NCBI GenBank assembly: GCA_977017575.1
Contig: CDRNVI010000054.1
Span: forward strand, 682,001-746,000
DNA from: Paramoeba atlantica
Taxonomy: Eukaryota; Protista; Discosea
Direction: 5' to 3'
Length of the DNA: 64,000 bases
Made by a program: the position numbers and the translations under genes. The notes beneath the pieces were generated by a model. The model made no database searches, was not told the DNA's origin, and worked only from the letters and a program-made list of their open reading frames with translations. Position 1 is the first letter of the stretch. Each line of letters begins with the position of its first letter. This document shows positions 59,603-64,000 of this stretch, piece after piece.

Positions 59603-61328
59603 ACCGATATCTACCTGGGTCTTGCTCCACCCTGAGTTCGCTATAAACTTCTCGCTGGGCGTGAAACAACAGAGCGGTCCTGAGGGGGAGGGCACTTCGC
59701 ACCACGCAGGGGCGAATTCTGGGTCGATACCTAAATGTGAACATATAGCAACCGATAATTTGTTAGTAGGCACGCTGGAGGGGACAGTGATCTGCGTCTC
59801 ACCTGTCGGGTATCCGTAAATGAGGACTCTGTTTTTTGACGGCTTTGCGGCGTTATAAGGTACCCGAAGAGCAGTGCCTAAAGTAACTAGGGGCGATATG
59901 TTGCTGAGCTTCTCGGTTAGATCCATAGTGGCCCCGGTTGCTGAAGCAACGAGTGTCACGAGCTCACTGCGGAGCCCCAAACAGAGCGCGATCTTGTCTC
60001 TAACTGAATCCAGATGGGCGTGAGACGGAACAACTGGGAAGGTGAGATTTTCCCAAGGCGATGGGCAAAGAAGGAGACGAATTGTAACGTCGACGGTGCT
60101 GTCTTCATCTAGATCTTCATCCCAGCCCGGGCTGATCCAGTCCTCCAATTCAGTTTCCTTCATGTTTCTCTCGGCCTTTTGCATAAAAGGCGAGTTAGCA
60201 GACGGCGTTCTTGAGAGGGCTTGAAGTTCTCGGTGGAAGGTCTCTTACTTTCTCTACAATCTCGGAGCTTTCCTCTAACAGGATACTTCTTTTGGCGTCC
60301 ATAGCTTTGCGAAACGCAACCTTGATGTCGTGTTCAAGGTGTACTTTCTTGTGCTCACTCAGTTGGTCGGCATCCATCAGTTGCTTTGAACAGGTGTTGC
60401 AAACGTGTCCCTTCTTCTCTGTAATGGAGAGCTTTCGGGCAAGAGCGAGATGCCACTCGCGTCTTGCGTTAAGGTTTTCGAGAAAGAGATTGTGTCTGGA
60501 GACGAGCTCCTGGGCGACTAATTGAACGAATGAGAGATCTTTTTCTGTTGAACGGATCTCGTACTCTATGTCCGCTATGAAACCGTTTTCAGGCTTCTCT
60601 TTAGAGTGGAATGTGATTCTTTATTTAGCTTCTCAAACAGGGAAAAGCGTTCCTCCAATGAAAGAATGTGTTTCGTCTTCCCCGTAGTGGTTTCGCTTTC
60701 GTTAGAGGAGAAGGGGAAGTTACTGCGCGTTACTCCCTTTAGTGCTTGGACGAATGTTTTCTTCGGCCGTTCGGTGTGTGAAGCGAAGTAAGTTGCAGTT
60801 CTGGCAGGAGGGCGTGAGGGGAGCTCTGAAGTTCCCATAAATCGGGGAGGCTTCGAGGACGGAGTTCCGGTGTGATCTCGTGGGGCATGAGGGGATTCGA
60901 AGTCGCACGCATCACAGCGATTGAAATAGGGACGTTTAGGGCTGAAAGGGGATGAACACACTTCGCAGGGTTTGGTGAGACCCTGGGAAGTGTTTGAACA
61001 AGACAGTGCGAAGGACTCACACCACCGAAAGTAAGGCCTAGCGGGAAAGAACGGGGAGGAGCAAGCATCACATGATTTTTGGTGAGTGCTGTGTGGGCTT
61101 GGAGGGTTCGTCGCCGCGCGTGGCTGGACGGAAGGGTACGAGCGAATGGTGGGATGTAATGGGGGTTGTGAGAAATTGGGCGAGCATTTCGCGCAAAATC
61201 GGTGGGCGCGGTTATGTGGGACAAAACGTGTGCCACAGTGGCAAAACCAGAACTTCCCACCTGATCGAGGGTCATTCATCGAGGGTCATTCATATGTAAA
61301 GTCAATAGGAAGGGAAAGAGAAATAATT

Positions 61329-61363
61329 CAACAAGGCACAGAAACTGCATCTTTATCGTTGTT
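61329..61363 (-). other. Spliced-leader-like 35-mer
   Basis: Identical to 50453-50487. Confidence 0.75.
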
Positions 61364-64000
61364 TTTTTTTTTGCAATAAATGGGGGGGGAGAAGTATAAA
61401 ACGCGGCATTGCCTCTATATTTTTACCCAGAGACGAACCAAGTAGGTCCATTGGGGGGGGTATATGATTGAACAAGCAATCAAATTGGCAATTTCACATG
61501 TTGTAGCCCAAAACTATTAATTCAACCTGCCTTAAGTTATTTATGATTTTGATAACAATAATAATAAAAAGAAGCAATTCATTCCCAATCCATTCGCTCG
61601 TTCCGGACCGGGTCTTTCGACCACTCCTCGGCCTGACTTGTGAACCCTTCCCTTGTTATATGGGAAGGTTTTTTTATTTTAACTTCACAGCTTTAGCAAC
61701 AACAACAACAACTTACTTCCACACTTTACGCGCCCTTTCATGCGCAACGAAAGACGCAGGTTTTCTGCGGGCATCCGGAGTACCAACATGTGCGCTTGGG
61801 CTCGCATAAGGGTCACGTTCACTTCCGTGAGGAGGCGTTGGAAGGCCTTTCCACGCGAAAGTGTGCCCTTCGAGGCAGCTGAGCGGCGCTCGGCAACTTC
61901 TCGGAGAATTCCCCGCGCGCTCTCCGACCAGGGCCCGAAGGATTCCACCGCCACCCCGGTGAATCTATACCCTTGGGGTTCGGCCTCGAGGCGCTCCGAA
62001 CGTTTGTGTTCCGTATCGTACCGTTCGACAAAGGATCCTGCGTTTCCCACACGTTAGCGCCTCGGACTGAGTCCGTATATGTATGTGGGTTGCTGAACGT
62101 GAGTTACGCAGAAGTCCAATACCAAACCGGTAGCTAGGCCAAAGTTTGGGAGGAAGACATGGCCCGGTCTGGTGGGGCCGCCGCCCGGGCCGTGGTTGCC
62201 TAGACCGACCTCTCGTTGCGGGGCGAGGTGTGCCTTGGCGCACACATCGCAGAAGTGCTCGACCAGGGCGTTGTGCCGGGAGATGAGGCCGTAGACGCTT
62301 TTTCATGCTAGGGCATTCTGGCCATCAGATCCTAGCGGTTGTTTACACTGGTCTCTAGGGCAAGGGCGGGGGGTGTCTTAGACGTCTGCCCCGAGCCACC
62401 AGCGTGCCAGGGTGCGGAACTCCGTAGGGGTAAGGGCGTACCCCAGCTCTCTGGATGGGAGGACAAAGGACCAGCTTCCGACCCCTTCCCCGCTTTGAGA
62501 GAGCCATCTCGCTCTCTTTTCTTTTTGGCTCGTGTATCACATGTAGTCGGATCTTTTGCTTTCGGACAAGAACCTGGTATCTCTCTCTTCCTTTCGTGTC
62601 CTGAAAAGCGCTGCAGTGATTTGCCGAACCAATCGGGCTTCCTAATAGATCAAAATTACCATTAATGTTTATCTTGTCTGGGGGAATGTCTGCGAAAAGA
62701 GCAGCGTTGTGCGCTGAGGCGGGGTGGAGGGCTACCTCACATTTTTGTTTGGTAAGGAGAAGACCAAGTTGTGTCCCCTCGCTAGAGGGGACTGCCAAGG
62801 GCCTTCCGGACTGATGCCTGGCTACCCGCTAAGTCCCCGTCATCAAGGTACCAGAACTGAAAGAAAGTGTCCTCTGGGAGTTCTGAAACGATTTTTTCCG
62901 TAATTAAGTGAAGAACGAGAGAGAAGAGCAGATGTCCGAGCGGGCCCCCTTGCTGTACGCCTTCTGCTGAGAGAACGGTGTGTGGGCCGTAGGTGAGTGA
63001 GCTGTCTGTCTCATAACACCACGAAATCCAGTCCGATAATTCTGGGAAATTTTCGCGTGCCAGGGAAATGAGAACGGATCGAGAAACGTTGTTAAACGCG
63101 TTGGCCAGATCGACTTTACAGAAGACGAAGTCTGGGTCGTCAATGTGGGCGGAGAACGTCTTTCAGCAACGGTGTATCATCCGTTCCGACCCTGCAGGAA
63201 CCGCGAAGCCGTATTGTGTTCCGCAAAAGATGGCTTGCGCTCGCAGTTTGAGTGCTGCACATGCTCCTTTGCTCGCTAGGCGACGAAGAGTTTCACCGAC
63301 AGCAATCGGGCGGACGTCTTGCTCTCCTTTCTGCAAGGCGCAGAGGCGGGCGCCTGCGAAATGGTTTTGGGATTCGAGCGGAGCTTTCCCCGCCAAGAGA
63401 TGGTTGACTAACTTTGCGAGGGCCGTGAGTGGGTTGACATTCGAGTCGACGTTCGCGTAGAATGCCTCCTGTATGTGTTCTGGGCACAACCCCATCGTGC
63501 CTCCCGAGGAGCCTCTGTGGAAGCTTTTGACTGCGGCAGAAGTTTCTTGTTCCGTGAGCTGCAATGGCGGGCACTTTGTTGGGGGTGGTTCGGTGGCGAG
63601 GAATTCTGTCAAAAAGGCGGGGCAGGGCAGTCGACAAGGGTGTTTATTTCGAAGTTTTGAGAGGGTTTCTGGGCTTTCGGGCGCCATCGGAGAGGCCGTA
63701 AGGGCTGCCATACCCCGAGAAAATTCGCCTTGTCGTGCGAGGGGCTCTGTACGAATGGCTGCTCGCTTCTCGTCGTTGTGAGAGGTTTTCGGAGAACTAT
63801 GTTGCTTGTTATTGAAGGAGGAAATTGCATCATACCATAGGGAAGCGTACTCGCGCGCTTGCCAACGCTCTAGGCACTTGAGAACGTGGTTGGCGTACGA
63901 AGTGTGCCCTTTGCGGCCCCCACGATAAGGGGCATGGAGGACGAACTTCGGGAGCATCGCTAGGAGGGTCCAAGCGCAAGTAGTGTTTTCCTTCCCCGCC
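61364..64000 (-). mobile_element. CRE-clade tandem unit 4 (3' part, runs off the window)
   Basis: Same 5438-bp periodicity. Confidence 0.9.

Larger units (their letters stand above)
55926..61363 (-). mobile_element. CRE-clade tandem unit 3 (5438 bp)
   Basis: Near-identical to unit 2. Confidence 0.9.

Overview
Eukaryotic, intron-free DNA. It is probably euglenozoan (kinetoplastid-like); this is inferred from a spliced-leader-like 35-mer and from same-strand intronless gene clusters. The left ~37.5 kb is a + strand array of 15 small leucine-rich-repeat (LRR) genes built from two copies of a ~21.2-kb segmental unit (1-7.1 kb is near-identical to 21.2-28.4 kb; later parts are more diverged). It is littered with mobile-DNA relics: an IS30-family-like transposase, a split hAT transposase, a Tc1/IS630-type element, MITEs, a Helentron-like repeat family, a tyrosine-recombinase remnant and CRE-clade retroelement fragments. 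The right ~26 kb is a retroelement cluster. It holds a 19-21 bp minisatellite, a degenerate APE-RT-RNase H LINE (+), and a head-to-tail array (5438-bp period, - strand) of CRE-clade (RT + restriction-like endonuclease) retroelements. The most striking observation is that each array unit starts with a spliced-leader-like sequence directly after the poly(A) of the upstream unit. Each unit also encodes tandem 2A-like (StopGo) peptides and carries a tRNA-like-headed SINE insertion. All retro- and DNA-transposase ORFs here are disrupted. No database searches were run; family calls rest on recognised motifs.
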